Assembly (NCBI RefSeq): GCF_000315625.1
Contig: NW_005434657.1
Span: 908,130-972,129 of the forward strand
DNA from: Guillardia theta CCMP2712
Lineage: Eukaryota; Protista; Cryptophyta
DNA length: 64,000 nt
Direction: 5' to 3'
Shown: positions 49,093 to 59,750 of the stretch, in pieces
Layout: the number at the start of each line of letters is the position of its first letter
Numbering within the stretch: the stretch's first letter is position 1
Notes under the pieces: model-generated
What the model was told of the DNA's origin: nothing
Database searches by the model: none
The model's input: the letters and a program-made list of their open reading frames with translations, nothing else
Program-made: the position numbers and the translations under genes

Positions 49093-52000
49093 TTACCAGG
49101 TAGCAGCGCTTTACCTCCTCATCGGAGCTCGCTAAGCCATTTCGTGCTGCCGCCTGATCGGAACGCGTCGTGCTCAACGGCCGCGTCCCTTCCTACGGGT
49201 CAACTACATGTTTGCCCCTGCTTAGCCCTCAGCCGTGGCGACGCCTCCGCGCCGCTTCAGCTCGCCTTACCCGATCTTATTCGGCTCCCCGTTAGCGTCA
49301 GCTCTTCCCGAGTTCACGCTCACCAGACCGTTGCCCTGCTCGATCACGGCGCGACGATCAATATCATGTCTCAGCAGCTTTTTCAGCAGCTGGGCCTCTC
49401 CGAGACTCTGCTACAGCGTGATACGCAGTTCACCGTGCAAGTTGCGGACGACCGCCAAGTGCAAACCCTCGGCGCCGTCTCGCTCGCCTATCGCATCGGC
49501 CGCTTTTCAAGCAAAGATACGTTTCATATCTTGCCACGTTGTTCTCAACCCCTGATCTTGTCTCTCCAGTGGATACATCGCCACAACGCTGTATACGTTC
49601 CGCGGACCCGAGAAGTGTTCGTCGATTCCCCCAAAGCTCGACGAGCCCCTCCGATTAGCTTGCCAGTTCAGCATCAAGTGCCCTACAAGGACTCGGTCTT
49701 AGCTGTGACAACCGTCTCGCTCACCGATGCTCACGCTCTGCGCGTCGCCAATCCTAATGAGGAATGGTTCTTGTTGCACCTGCATGTCCCAACGACAGCT
49801 TCCGCCTCGGCCTCTTCCGCCGACCCGCCAGTGGGCGCCCCCGCTCACCTTGCTCAAGCCCTCTCTGAGGAATTCGCCGACGTCCTCGTCGACGACCTGC
49901 CGCAAGGACTTCAGATCAACCGTCCCCCTCAGTTTGACGCTCACATTCAGCTCAAGCCAGGGACCTTGCCCATCAACCGCAGGCCATATCGCATCCCCCT
50001 TCATCTTGAAGGAGAACTCCAGGCTACCATCGCGTACATGCTCGAACACGACATCATCGAACCATCCAATAGTGAGTTTGCCTTTCCTGTGCTTTTCAGT
50101 CGACGTCCCAACGATCCACGCTCCCCAACTGATCCCAAAAGCTACCGCTTTTGCTGCGACCTTCGCCGCTTGAACCAAGTCGTCTTGAATCAGCAGACCG
50201 CCGCAACTCCTACCGTCGATGAGATGTTGGAAAAGATCGCCGACACCGTCCGTCAAGGCAAAGCCCGTCGCAACACCGATGAGCAGCTATGCATCACTAC
50301 GCTTGATTGTATCAAGAGTTTTTGGCAGGTACTCGTACGTGTTCCTGATCGCCGATATCTCGCGTTCATCACACCGATTGGTCACTACCAATACAAGCGC
50401 CTACCATTTGGATTCATCACTGCCAGCAGCATATTCCAAGGATTCATCCAGCAGGTCCTCCATGATCTACCCCACACGTTTGCATACATCGACGACATCG
50501 TCATCGCTACGTATTCCACCTGGGAAGCTCATGCAGATCACGTTCGCGCCGTGCTTCAACGCTGTCGCGAGCATCAGGTCTTCCTTAAGAGAGAGAAAGC
50601 TCAATTCTTTCGCACTAGTGTTGACTTCTTAGGTCACCGTGTCTCCGCCGACGGCGTGACGACCCAACACTCCAAGACGGCGGCTATCTCCGCGTGGCCG
50701 CTACCGACGACTACTAAACAAGTCAAGATGTTTCTTGGACTAGCTTCCTATTATCGAAAGTTCATCCGCAACTTCTCGACAATAGCAGCCCCTCTGACTG
50801 ACCTTCTCCGCAAGGGCGCTCAGTTTCAGTGGACTGCAGCATGTCAAAGCGCGTTCGACAACCTCAAGCAAGCTCTGACGTCTCAGCCCCTCCTGCATCA
50901 CTTCGACCCGTCCCTTCCGACCGAAGTGCACTGCGACGCGTCCAATGTCGGGATAGGAGGCGTACTTCTACAGCAGCCTCCCAACGCCCCCGCCCGCGTC
51001 ATCGGATTCTACAGTCGTAAGTTGACTCCGACCGAACAACGCTATCACGCGACCGAACGGGAGTTACTCGCAATCAAGGATACCATCCTTTTCTTCAAGT
51101 TCTACTTGATAGGGACTCCATTCAAGGTCTTTACTGATCATCAAGCTCTTACGTATTTCCAGACACAGAAAGACATCAACAGCAGATTGATTCGTTGGCT
51201 TCAAACGCTCAGCGAGTTTGCAATCACCGAGTACTGTTACGTCAAAGGTTCTCAGAACGTCGTCCCCGACGCTCTCAGCCGTCAAGATGAAGTTCCCCTC
51301 TCGACTGCAGTCGCTCCTCATCACGAGCAACTCTCTCGTCAAGAGGACGGCTTCTTGCTCGCCTTCACCGTCAGCGCCTTGCAGCCTTTGTCGGACCAGA
51401 TTCAAGCCGCCTACGAGACGTGCGACTTCTGTCGTCCTCTTATCCACCGTCTCCGCGCCAAGTCTTCCGTAACTTCTTTTCATCTGGATGATGAGCTTCT
51501 GTTTTATACAGATTCGTTGCGCCGCATCCGCCTGTGCATTCCGCAAGCATTGCGTCGAGAAGTTCTCTTCCGCGCCCACGACCTTCAGTCCCACCTCGGG
51601 TTTTCAAGAACCTACCTTCAGCTAGCAGCAACTGTTTATTGGCCCCAGCTTCGGAAAGATACCGAGCTTTACATCCTGTCATGCCAGCATTGTCTTCAAG
51701 GGAAATCTTATCGACAACGACCAATGGGTACTCCTCATTCCCACGCCGTTCCCTCGACACGCTTCGAAGTCGTCAGTCTCGACTTGCTGACCGGACTCCC
51801 ACGAACTCGAGATAAGAACGATGCAATTCTTCTCTTCATTGACGAGTTCACAGGGCGAGTTTATCTCACCCCTTGCCGTAAATCGATTACTTCTGAACAA
51901 GCTGCTCAAAAATTCATCGAAACCGTATTTCGATCCCAAGGCCTTCCTCAAGTCCTTATCAGCGACAACGCTGCCATCTTTTCGTCCAGATTCTGGAACG

Positions 52001-52899
52001 CGCTCTTCAAGATGCTCAACGTTCACGTGAAGCATTCGTCGCCTTTTATGCCTCAAAGCAACGGTCGACCCGAGCGTATGAACTCCGTCGTCCTCGAAGC
52101 TCTGCGTATCTACACCACGCAGTATCCTCGAGCCGATTGGGATAGGTACCTCCCCATCCTGGAGACTCACCTAAACTCAGCTGTTCGCCGTCCCATCGGT
52201 GCCAGCCCTTTCGAAGTCATGTTCGGCAAACCTATCAGGACACAACTCTCTCTGCCCTCACCTGACGATCATCAGGACGAGACCCTCGACTCCATTCGTG
52301 AAGCAACCGAAGTCAGCGCCGAAGCTGCCCGAGCTGCTCTCGAAACTGCAGCGCGAGCCACCGAAGCTCGCCTTGCGCAGGCCCGTCGTCCCTGCCGCTA
52401 TCAAGTTGGAGATCTGGTTTGGCTCTCTACCGCCAACCTCAACATCCCCGACGCCGCCTCGAAGCTCAACCCTCGCTTCGTTGGTCCCTTCCGCATCCTG
52501 GAATTTGTTTCAGACAACACCGTTCGTCTCGACGTCTCTCCTCGCTTCGCATCGATCAGAAACACCGTCATCAACATCAAGTGGCTTCGTCCGCATACAG
52601 AGCGCGACCCTGCCTATCAAGATCCCCAGCGACCACCCGAACCTCTGGCCACCAGAGACGGCTTGGAATACGAGATCGAGAGCATCCTCAGCAAACGTCG
52701 TCGCGGTCGAGGTATTCAGTACCTTGTTAAGTGGACAGGCTATGATCAAGTCAGTGAGAACAATTGGCTCCCTGCCCGTGAGTTGCAGAAGAAATCAGGT
52801 CTTCGCGAACTCATCCGTCAATTCGAAGAACGTGAAGCTCTTCAAGCTTTACCCTCCAACGCCTTGGACTCCTCCGACTCGTCTGAAGTGGAACTTTGA
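49018..52899 (+). CDS. pol: Pol: aspartic protease, RT, RNase H, integrase, chromodomain
   Basis: LLDHGAT, YIDD, CDASNVGIG, HHCC plus DDE, GPF and EYEIESIL...QYLVKWTGY. No stop from the frameshift site to 52899. Confidence 0.95.
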   Translation, partial: RVAAAGNERGASLAPPAAGLCPSPLLPGSSALPPHRSSLSHFVLPPDRNASCSTAASLPTGQLHVCPCLALSRGDASAPLQLALPDLIRLPVSVSSSRVHAHQTVALLDHGATINIMSQQLFQQLGLSETLLQRDTQFTVQVADDRQVQTLGAVSLAYRIGRFSSKDTFHILPRCSQPLILSLQWIHRHNAVYVPRTREVFVDSPKARRAPPISLPVQHQVPYKDSVLAVTTVSLTDAHALRVANPNEEWFLLHLHVPTTASASASSADPPVGAPAHLAQALSEEFADVLVDDLPQGLQINRPPQFDAHIQLKPGTLPINRRPYRIPLHLEGELQATIAYMLEHDIIEPSNSEFAFPVLFSRRPNDPRSPTDPKSYRFCCDLRRLNQVVLNQQTAATPTVDEMLEKIADTVRQGKARRNTDEQLCITTLDCIKSFWQVLVRVPDRRYLAFITPIGHYQYKRLPFGFITASSIFQGFIQQVLHDLPHTFAYIDDIVIATYSTWEAHADHVRAVLQRCREHQVFLKREKAQFFRTSVDFLGHRVSADGVTTQHSKTAAISAWPLPTTTKQVKMFLGLASYYRKFIRNFSTIAAPLTDLLRKGAQFQWTAACQSAFDNLKQALTSQPLLHHFDPSLPTEVHCDASNVGIGGVLLQQPPNAPARVIGFYSRKLTPTEQRYHATERELLAIKDTILFFKFYLIGTPFKVFTDHQALTYFQTQKDINSRLIRWLQTLSEFAITEYCYVKGSQNVVPDALSRQDEVPLSTAVAPHHEQLSRQEDGFLLAFTVSALQPLSDQIQAAYETCDFCRPLIHRLRAKSSVTSFHLDDELLFYTDSLRRIRLCIPQALRREVLFRAHDLQSHLGFSRTYLQLAATVYWPQLRKDTELYILSCQHCLQGKSYRQRPMGTPHSHAVPSTRFEVVSLDLLTGLPRTRDKNDAILLFIDEFTGRVYLTPCRKSITSEQAAQKFIETVFRSQGLPQVLISDNAAIFSSRFWNALFKMLNVHVKHSSPFMPQSNGRPERMNSVVLEALRIYTTQYPRADWDRYLPILETHLNSAVRRPIGASPFEVMFGKPIRTQLSLPSPDDHQDETLDSIREATEVSAEAARAALETAARATEARLAQARRPCRYQVGDLVWLSTANLNIPDAASKLNPRFVGPFRILEFVSDNTVRLDVSPRFASIRNTVINIKWLRPHTERDPAYQDPQRPPEPLATRDGLEYEIESILSKRRRGRGIQYLVKWTGYDQVSENNWLPARELQKKSGLRELIRQFEEREALQALPSNALDSSDSSEVEL

Positions 52900-52973
52900 A
52901 TCCTGTCGTTCATCTCCTCATGGTAAGAGCGAAGGACAAGTTGGAACTAAGTTGTCAAGCGCAGATGGAGCGA

Positions 52974-53220
52974 TGTTGTATCCATGAGGATCCGGAACCA
53001 CGGATACTCGTCGGATACTCTGCCGGATATTCCCTATATAGGCGGACGCATCTCGTGCGGACGGCCTCCTGAATTTCCCCCACTTGCATGCACAGTGAGT
53101 GTGGTGGTTGTGCGTAGTTTACCTCCTAGTAAACTTAGAGACTTCTATTTCCTGCTTCTCAATCTTCTTCATCCTTACTTTACTCGTGTCGTTGACAATC
53201 TCTGTGTTGTGTATACAACA
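52974..53220 (+). repeat. 3' LTR
   Basis: Identical by eye to 47206-47452. Confidence 0.95.
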
Positions 53221-54380
53221 TACAGCGATCAGATCGGACTTACTGTCTGCAAATCATGCGCTGCGGACCAGACAATGCATGGTGTCACGACAAGCCTGCA
53301 AGACTGCGGAGCTATGACTGGCAATTCGCTCTGCACGGGCGGACAGTCTAGCTATCACTCTGGCAATCACAATCTTGGTAACTTCATGCATACAAAACGC
53401 GTCGCAACGCGCTATTGGTGGATAGACTTTGGCAGCAGCAAGGATGTTCAGTCAGTAATGATGTGGAGTAGGAAAAGTTGCTGTTGGTTGCGAGATGGCG
53501 GTGACAAGATCTATGTTGGCAACTCTCTGACGCCTACCAGCAACAGTCTGTGTGGGGCAATAGCAGCATAGCTATGCCAACACTGTCAACTGCAAGTTCT
53601 CCGGTCGTTATCTGTTTGTTTACTTCAGCGGATACAATCCACAGCCCGATTATTGCATGAACTGTGCCAGAACTGCCCACTGGGTTATTTCCAACCGCAC
53701 AAACTGTAGCCCCTGTGCGATCGGCTTTTATCCTGCATTGACGATTGCTTTTGCACAATCTTCGGAATTTTATTTGGCAGGATCATCACGTCGGAAAGGA
53801 ATGCAAATTTCAGCCTATCAGAATGCCAATCAGAACTGCACGGATTGTCCCGCTGTGTACGAATGCCAAGCCTGCCCGGCCGAGAGCTATTCCAGCGCTG
53901 GCGCTTCCTTCTGCACGTCATGCCCGGCGCAGATGCGTAGCTCTAACTCCTCTACTACCATGCCTGCGACGCATTTCTGGCTGTGGATTCGGGTCTTACT
54001 GCAACAGTTCGATTGGACAGTGCGTTTTCTGCGAAGCTGGCAATCTAAGCCCTGCGTACGGATTAGCCAACAGCGGGCGATGCGACAACACCAGCAGCGG
54101 TACGGCGAACAAATGCCTGCTAACGGCGAAACTGGCTACTGCGCTGCTTGTCCTGCTGCGAAATATCTACCTTGGCCCAGATATGCAAGCTTTGGAGCCG
54201 ACCAATGTAAGAAAATATCGAAAACCTGTCCTACTGATTCATACATGAAAATATCTACTGGAAGTTTACCAACGCAGGCGGTGATCAAACACGGTACCAA
54301 GTCAATGTTACAGTGCCATCGTTAGTCGAGTGTATCTGTGGCGGTGGAGCCGGTGGTAACATAACATCTGGCTGCCTGTT
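53221..54380 (+). pseudogene. Fragment 4 of the Cys-rich protein, with an F-type lectin (fucolectin)-like domain
   Basis: HTK...YWWIDFG...V.SV.MWSRKSCCWLR...IYVGNS...NSLCG, followed by more CxxCP repeats; stops and frameshifts. Confidence 0.65.
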
Positions 54381-54589
54381 GCGGTATAGATATTTCTTTA
54401 ACAAACGCCAATATTAGTTCATGACAGTGATTCAACGAGGCCTGTGGTAGCAGGGGAACAGGCTATTCCAGCTTTCGCTGTTGTAGCAGACGAAAACGTC
54501 TTGCAACATCAAGCCCCATTGGATCAATCGCCGGTGCAGCCTAGGGCGCGGCGAGGTCGCAAGCATCCTCAATCCAGAGCTGCAGAATT

Positions 54590-56095
54590 TTGTGTGAAAC
54601 GGCATGATCGGCAAGAATTCGACAAAACACGTACACGCATTCAGCAGAACAATTTATCGGAGAAGACCAGAGAGATGTATATGAATTACATGATACGCTT
54701 CATAGAATGGTTGTACTCGAATGAGATGATTTCAAAACGAAGATGCGTGAAGAACATGACAAATTCTTGAACGGATCAGATGAGGTGACAGAGCCGGCGA
54801 TGACAGACGAGGGCTTACCTACTACATCTTACATCGAGTCTGTAATGTCACAGAAGAACATTCCTCCCGTCTATTTTGACAAATTCACGCCAGTCATGTT
54901 TCTTGACTGGGTGACCTTTAAAGTTCAACAAAATCCAGATTTGACATTCCAAACATGCTCGTCTTACAAGTCAGGATTGATGCACATGCTGAAGAATTAC
55001 GGGGTTACACTGAGCATGGAGGCGGTGAAAACATTGAGCAGTGACTTCAGCCTGGATTGAAGCGAGCATTGAATCTTTCTCAACTTCCCGAGTCTTGCAA
55101 CCAAGATGCAAAAGTGATAACCGGCAAGGTTCCCATGTCATACGTTTTGTATTCAGTATTCGCCAAGGTTATGCTACAGAAACCAGAAAGAGAATATGTT
55201 TGGGCCAGAACCTTTTTGATTCTGGCTTGGAATTTTATGTCCAGATCCAGAAACGTATGCACACTTCTGTACAATCCCATGGAATATGTCGGGGATGCCT
55301 TGCGATTCTACGTAATTCACACGAAAAATGATCAGGCTGGTGAGAAACCGCGGGATCCAAAGCATGTCTATAGCAACCGTGTGTTCACCTGAAGTATGTC
55401 CTCTGCTAGCACTGGCTGAGAATGAGTTTGGGGTGGGGGGGAGGGAATCGTTCACTGGAATGACATATCACAGGCATGTACTTCTGCTGTTATGGATAAT
55501 CATACTGCTAGCGGTGGGCGTCTGTTCCCAGGTGAGCTTGCCATGTGGCCATCATCAACGGTCTTCCAGTAATCACGAGCATCAGGCACAAACCAGTATG
55601 ACAGATTTCGAAAGCTCTTCTGCAAGAGACTTCTCATTGCCAAGTTGCGGATGAGGAAGTAGCAGCTGCAATTCAAGGGAAGGGGTTGGATGCAAACGAA
55701 ATCGGTAACACGGCGCTTCATCCAAGGAGCAACACGCTTCATCCCTTCTGTTGCAGTGGGAGCACTGCTTGCCCGAGCCTAGCAGCAAAAAGCATTCGAG
55801 CAGGGTGGAAGCTTGGGACAATTTACGACACCTACCTGAGGTATGAAGCAGCGTCTGACTGCTACGTTGGACGCACAGTGTGCGATCTCCCCATGAATCA
55901 TGCGGACTTCGCCATCTTGCCACCATTCTTCAAATGTGAAAGCAGGGAAAGCAGAATGGAGGTAGACAGAGTCATAGATCAACTTTTCCCCAACCTGGAT
56001 GCGAAGAAGAAGTACATTGCAGAGCAGGCTATTGCGGCGGTGGTCTTGGATGCAGGCGTGAAGGCAGCAGCGGAGGACAAGTATGGAGAATGTAT
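54590..56095 (+). mobile_element. Degraded Crypton-type tyrosine recombinase element
   Basis: WNFMSRS.N, KNDQAGE...PKHVY.N...PEVCPLLALA, a degenerate H..KGA box, RAGW.LG...DTYLRYE....YVGR...LP....FAILPP; several frameshifts. Confidence 0.75.
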
Positions 56096-56726
56096 GGTTT
56101 CGTATCTTACCACATTGCAATATGACGCGATCATAATATGTTTAAAGTGTGGTTATCAGGAGGTCCTCTTGGTTGAACAGAACAGGCCTGTGATGTTGCG
56201 TAACAAGAAGGATAATTCACATTACAGTTATAAGCGAATAAACCATTTCAGGGAGTGGTGCAATCAGATCCAAGGGAAGGAGAGCACAGATATCCCCAAT
56301 GATGTCTTTGAGAAGATATTGAATGAACTGAAGAAAGAGAAGATAACAAACACCAAAGAACTGTCTTATAAGACAATGCGGAACATCCTTAAGAAGTTGA
56401 AGATAAACAAGTATTATGAGCACATCAATTACATAATAAACAGGATAAATGGTGTGCCTACCCCACAATTCTCGCCAGAGTTGGAGGAGAAGCTTTGCAA
56501 CATGTTCAAGGAGATACAGGGCCCATTCTTGAAACACTGTCCTCCCAATCGGAAGAACTTCCTCAGTTATAGTTATGTCCTCTACAAGCTCTGTCAGATA
56601 CTAGGTCAAGATGAATACTTAAAGCATTTCCCATTGTTGAAGAGCCGTATTAAGATTTTTCAGATGGATTTAATATGGAAAAACATATGTGAATCCATTG
56701 GATACCCTTACATTCCTAGCATATAA
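56096..56726 (+). pseudogene. VLTF3: NCLDV late transcription factor VLTF3 (A2L-like), 5'-truncated
   Basis: CLKCG, YSYKRINHFREW..QIQGKE, ILKKL...KYYEH..YI, RKNFLSYSYVLYK, FPLLKS, W..IC...IPS. Confidence 0.92.
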
Positions 56727-56766
56727 GTTTATACATAAAGAAATAAGACAAGAATAAAGACAAGAG

Positions 56767-57462
56767 ATGTCGGGTGAAACAGTATCTACTAAGGAGGTCG
56801 ATTATTTGGAAGAGGATGATCCTATCCGTGGACAGAACTATGTCTGTCTCTCCATGATCAATCCTGAAGACATCTTGATTGAAAAGGAGGCATTCTATTT
56901 CTCTAAGTTCATCACACAGTTCTCTAAAGACATGAACACCCTATTCAACAATCTCAAATTGAAGTTTCCTGAGTCTGCCGATCTTGTCGATGCTGTTAAG
57001 GACAGCAACAGCTATATATTTGATGCTGAACAGTTAGATGCTCAATATAAATTCTTCAAGTCTACATCAATGGATGAGGTGGAGAAGGAGTTCAATGAAC
57101 AGCATAATTTCAGGACCTCTGTCCGTGGAATCAAGATTAGAGGCGTCTATGATACCGTACAGGAGGCACGACACCGTTGCGAGGTCTTGAGAAAGAAGGA
57201 TGGCAAATTCGACATCTATGTCAGCCAGGTTGGTGTTTGGATCCCTATCTCGATTGATCCTAACAATGTACAGAATCAGGAGTGGAATGAGACACAATTG
57301 AACACTCTGATGATGACTTATAACAAAAACAAGGAAGCCAAGGATCAATTTTTTGCTGAGAGGAGCAAGAATCCGGGAAGCACCAACCCTATTCAAGAAC
57401 TCCAAGATGGCGTTGATCCCTGGGTACAAAAAAATATCACAAACGAGGTCATTGAAGACTAA
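56767..57462 (+). CDS. Conserved giant-virus hypothetical protein (DUF5832-like)
   Basis: Intact 231-aa ORF with DYLEEDDPIRGQNYVCLS..NPE, FRTSVRGIKIRGVY, IYV.QVG.W.P and LN.LM..Y..N, as recalled from algal giant viruses. Confidence 0.75.
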   Translation: MSGETVSTKEVDYLEEDDPIRGQNYVCLSMINPEDILIEKEAFYFSKFITQFSKDMNTLFNNLKLKFPESADLVDAVKDSNSYIFDAEQLDAQYKFFKSTSMDEVEKEFNEQHNFRTSVRGIKIRGVYDTVQEARHRCEVLRKKDGKFDIYVSQVGVWIPISIDPNNVQNQEWNETQLNTLMMTYNKNKEAKDQFFAERSKNPGSTNPIQELQDGVDPWVQKNITNEVIED

Positions 57463-57761
57463 TACTTCTTATTCACATTTATCTTGCATTTATTCTTAAT
57501 GATTATATTAGGATCAAATGATATATCCTGATTATCATCATCCTCATCATCATTCATCATTGATTTTTTCTGGTCATGCATGGCTTGCATGTCCCACAAT
57601 TCACTGTCACACATCTTGAAATCCTTTATTTGTGCTTTGTACCAAAACACCTGATCCTCTAGCTTGTTGCTGCTTGCCTTGTTGTTGATAACAAGACACT
57701 CATGATTCTCTGTGCATTGGTCCAGAGTCTGGCTGAATATATCAAAGGTAGGGAACATCCC
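57459..57761 (-). pseudogene. A32: A32-like packaging ATPase, C-terminal third
   Basis: GMFPTFDIF.Q.LDQCTEN.ECLVI.N...SNKLEDQVFWYKA. Confidence 0.88.
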
Positions 57762-57990
57762 AGAAGAACCTAAAACAGAATATCAAGAAGACCCGATGGA
57801 AAAGCATATACAACTCAAAGAACAGTCCACTGAAGAGAGACAACATGAGGATGATTCTCATAAAAAAGAGGAAGAGGTGAATGATTCTGTTCATAGAGTG
57901 ATAATTGATGATGATAATGACAAAGAAGAACAAAAGGCTCCATTATCCTCTGATATCAAGAATATTGTGATTAAGGATGCGTTTTTCTAA
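57762..57990 (+). pseudogene. 3' remnant of a viral hypothetical gene
   Basis: Acidic ORF tail ending IKNIVIKDAFF*; no start, cut at the inversion junction. Confidence 0.45.
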
Positions 57991-58018
57991 AAGGTAAAAT
58001 TTAGAAATCACAAAGTAA

Positions 58019-58357
58019 ATGTATTATCTCTATTCACTTATTGTAAGCATCATTATATTTATCTTCATAGAATGGAGAAAACGATCCGCAAGACTTGAAA
58101 TGGATCAAGAATACAACCTTGGATTCAGTGAGGCAGGAAACTTTATTGCTCTTTATATCATAACAACGGCAATGTTGTACTTTGTCCATGTGATGTACAA
58201 GTCAAATCCCTCATCGAAAGAGACAATAGAAAACACACCAGTTCAAACACAATACAAGAGAGGGGGTGGCAACAATGATCTATTTGATTATAAGATACTA
58301 CAGAGAATCCCTGAAGAGGTCCATACAGGATTTGGCATACCTAATAAATTAGAATAG
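58019..58357 (+). CDS. Viral hypothetical membrane protein
   Basis: 112 aa, two hydrophobic helices, C-terminal VHTGF motif; AT-rich. Confidence 0.6.
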   Translation: MYYLYSLIVSIIIFIFIEWRKRSARLEMDQEYNLGFSEAGNFIALYIITTAMLYFVHVMYKSNPSSKETIENTPVQTQYKRGGGNNDLFDYKILQRIPEEVHTGFGIPNKLE

Positions 58358-58690
58358 ACCACTCTAACATGAAACACATCTTGTATGGCAGAAGTATGTA
58401 TGGAAGCCAAACAATCCAAACATAATATATAGATTCCAATCCACTGTCAAGAAGAACAAATGTATCATCACTGCCACACTTGTGTTCTGATTTGCAGGCA
58501 TCTCCGAATTTACAATACATTCCAAGGAGACCGAATATATATGAGATGAAGTGCTTGAAGAATCCTACAATCAAGAGGATATGTAATAATACGATAGATC
58601 AATGTTCATGATATGCCTGATGAATACAGATACAAAGATATACATGAAGACAGAATATATGCCAATGAAACATGTTGTTGATTTATTTTG
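58341..58690 (-). pseudogene. Viral hypothetical membrane protein, frameshifted
   Basis: CFIGIYSVFMY... / IVGFFKHFISYIFGL..MYCKFGDAC in two frames. Confidence 0.45.
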
Positions 58691-58820
58691 TGATTGTTTT
58701 TTTATGATAGCACATAGTGTGTGCATCATAATTGTATAAATTTCTTAGAGAAAGTAAATTTGAACATAATAATATTTTGTGTTATATAAATCTCACACTG
58801 TGAAAATGAAACCATCTTGT

Positions 58821-59176
58821 ATGAAGTTAGACTTAAGGAAGTTTGATCCATCAACAATGAAATCGGATTCAGTGGTTGTAGCAATCTCCAAGCGAGGTGG
58901 AGGGAAATCGGTCCTGTTGAAGGATATCCTATCTTATCACCAGAGCATGCCAATCGGGGTTGTGATCTCTCCAACCGAGCAGGCTAACAAGTACTTCCAG
59001 AAGTTTATACCAAAGATGTTGATCCACGATGAGTACGAAGCACCAATCATAGAGAAGTTTATGACCAGACAGATACAAAAGAACAACAAGGTGAACTAAG
59101 AACATAAAGGCCTGTTTCATGAATGGAAGGCATTACAAGATATTCTTCAGGCATCCCTCCAGCATTGAGAACAAAC
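58821..59176 (+). pseudogene. A32: A32-like packaging ATPase, N-terminal part with internal deletions
   Basis: MKLDLRKFD, Walker A-like SKRGGGKS, GVVISPTE..N and IHDEY. Out-of-frame remnants KNIKACFMNGRHYKIFF and GIPPALRTN end at TTTAGGG repeats. Confidence 0.9.
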
Positions 59177-59253
59177 AGGGTTTAGGGTTTAGTAGCCGGT
59201 AGGGCTTCGACAGGTTCCCCCATGGGGTTTAGGGTTTAGGGTTTAGGGTTTAG
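59177..59253 (+). repeat. Two interstitial (TTTAGGG)n tracts separated by a 32-bp spacer
   Basis: 59177-59192 and 59225-59253. Confidence 0.95.
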
Positions 59254-59750
59254 AGCGCCGGTTATTTCAGGCAGCGCCGGTTATTTCAGGCAGAGCGCCG
59301 GTTATTTCAGGCAGCGCCGGTTATTTCAGGCAGCGCCGGTTATTTCAGGCAGCGCCGGTTATTTCAGGCAGCGCCGGTTATTTCAGGCAGCGCCGGTTAT
59401 TTCAGGCAGCGCCGGTTATTTCAGGCAGCGCCGGTTATTTCAGGCAGCGCCGGTTATTTCAGGCAGCGCCGGTTATTTCAGGCAGCGCCGGTTATTTCAG
59501 GCAGCGCCGGTTATTTCAGGCGAGCGCCGGTTATTTCAGGCAGCGCCGGTTATTTCAGGCAGAGCGCCGGTTATTTCAGGCAGCGCCGGTTATTTCAGGC
59601 GAGCGCCGGTTATTTCAGGCAGCGCCGGTTATTTCAGGCAGAGCGCCGGTTATTTCAGGCAGCGCCGGTTATTTCAGGCAGCGCCGGTTATTTCAGGCAG
59701 AGCGCCGGTTATTTCAGGCATTATTTCAGGCAGCGCCGGTTATTTCAGGC
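59254..59750. repeat. 19-bp minisatellite (AGCGCCGGTTATTTCAGGC), ~26 copies
   Basis: Near-perfect tandem units; variants add G or AG; no spacers. Confidence 0.97.

Larger units (their letters stand above)
47206..53220 (+). mobile_element. Full-length Ty3/Gypsy (chromovirus-type) LTR retrotransposon
   Basis: Identical 247-bp LTRs, TSD TACAG (47201-47205 and 53221-53225), open gag and pol. Confidence 0.97.
56096..59176. mobile_element. Endogenous giant-virus (Nucleocytoviricota) fragment
   Basis: Abrupt AT-rich, intronless, tightly packed block carrying the NCLDV core genes VLTF3 and A32. Confidence 0.9.

Noticed and set aside
55686-56726. Single genuine 346-aa VLTF3 gene
   Set aside because: The N-terminal ~135 aa are Crypton-derived; treated as a chimera.
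59254-59750. CRISPR-like array
   Set aside because: The units are contiguous with no unique spacers and there are no cas genes; it is a minisatellite.
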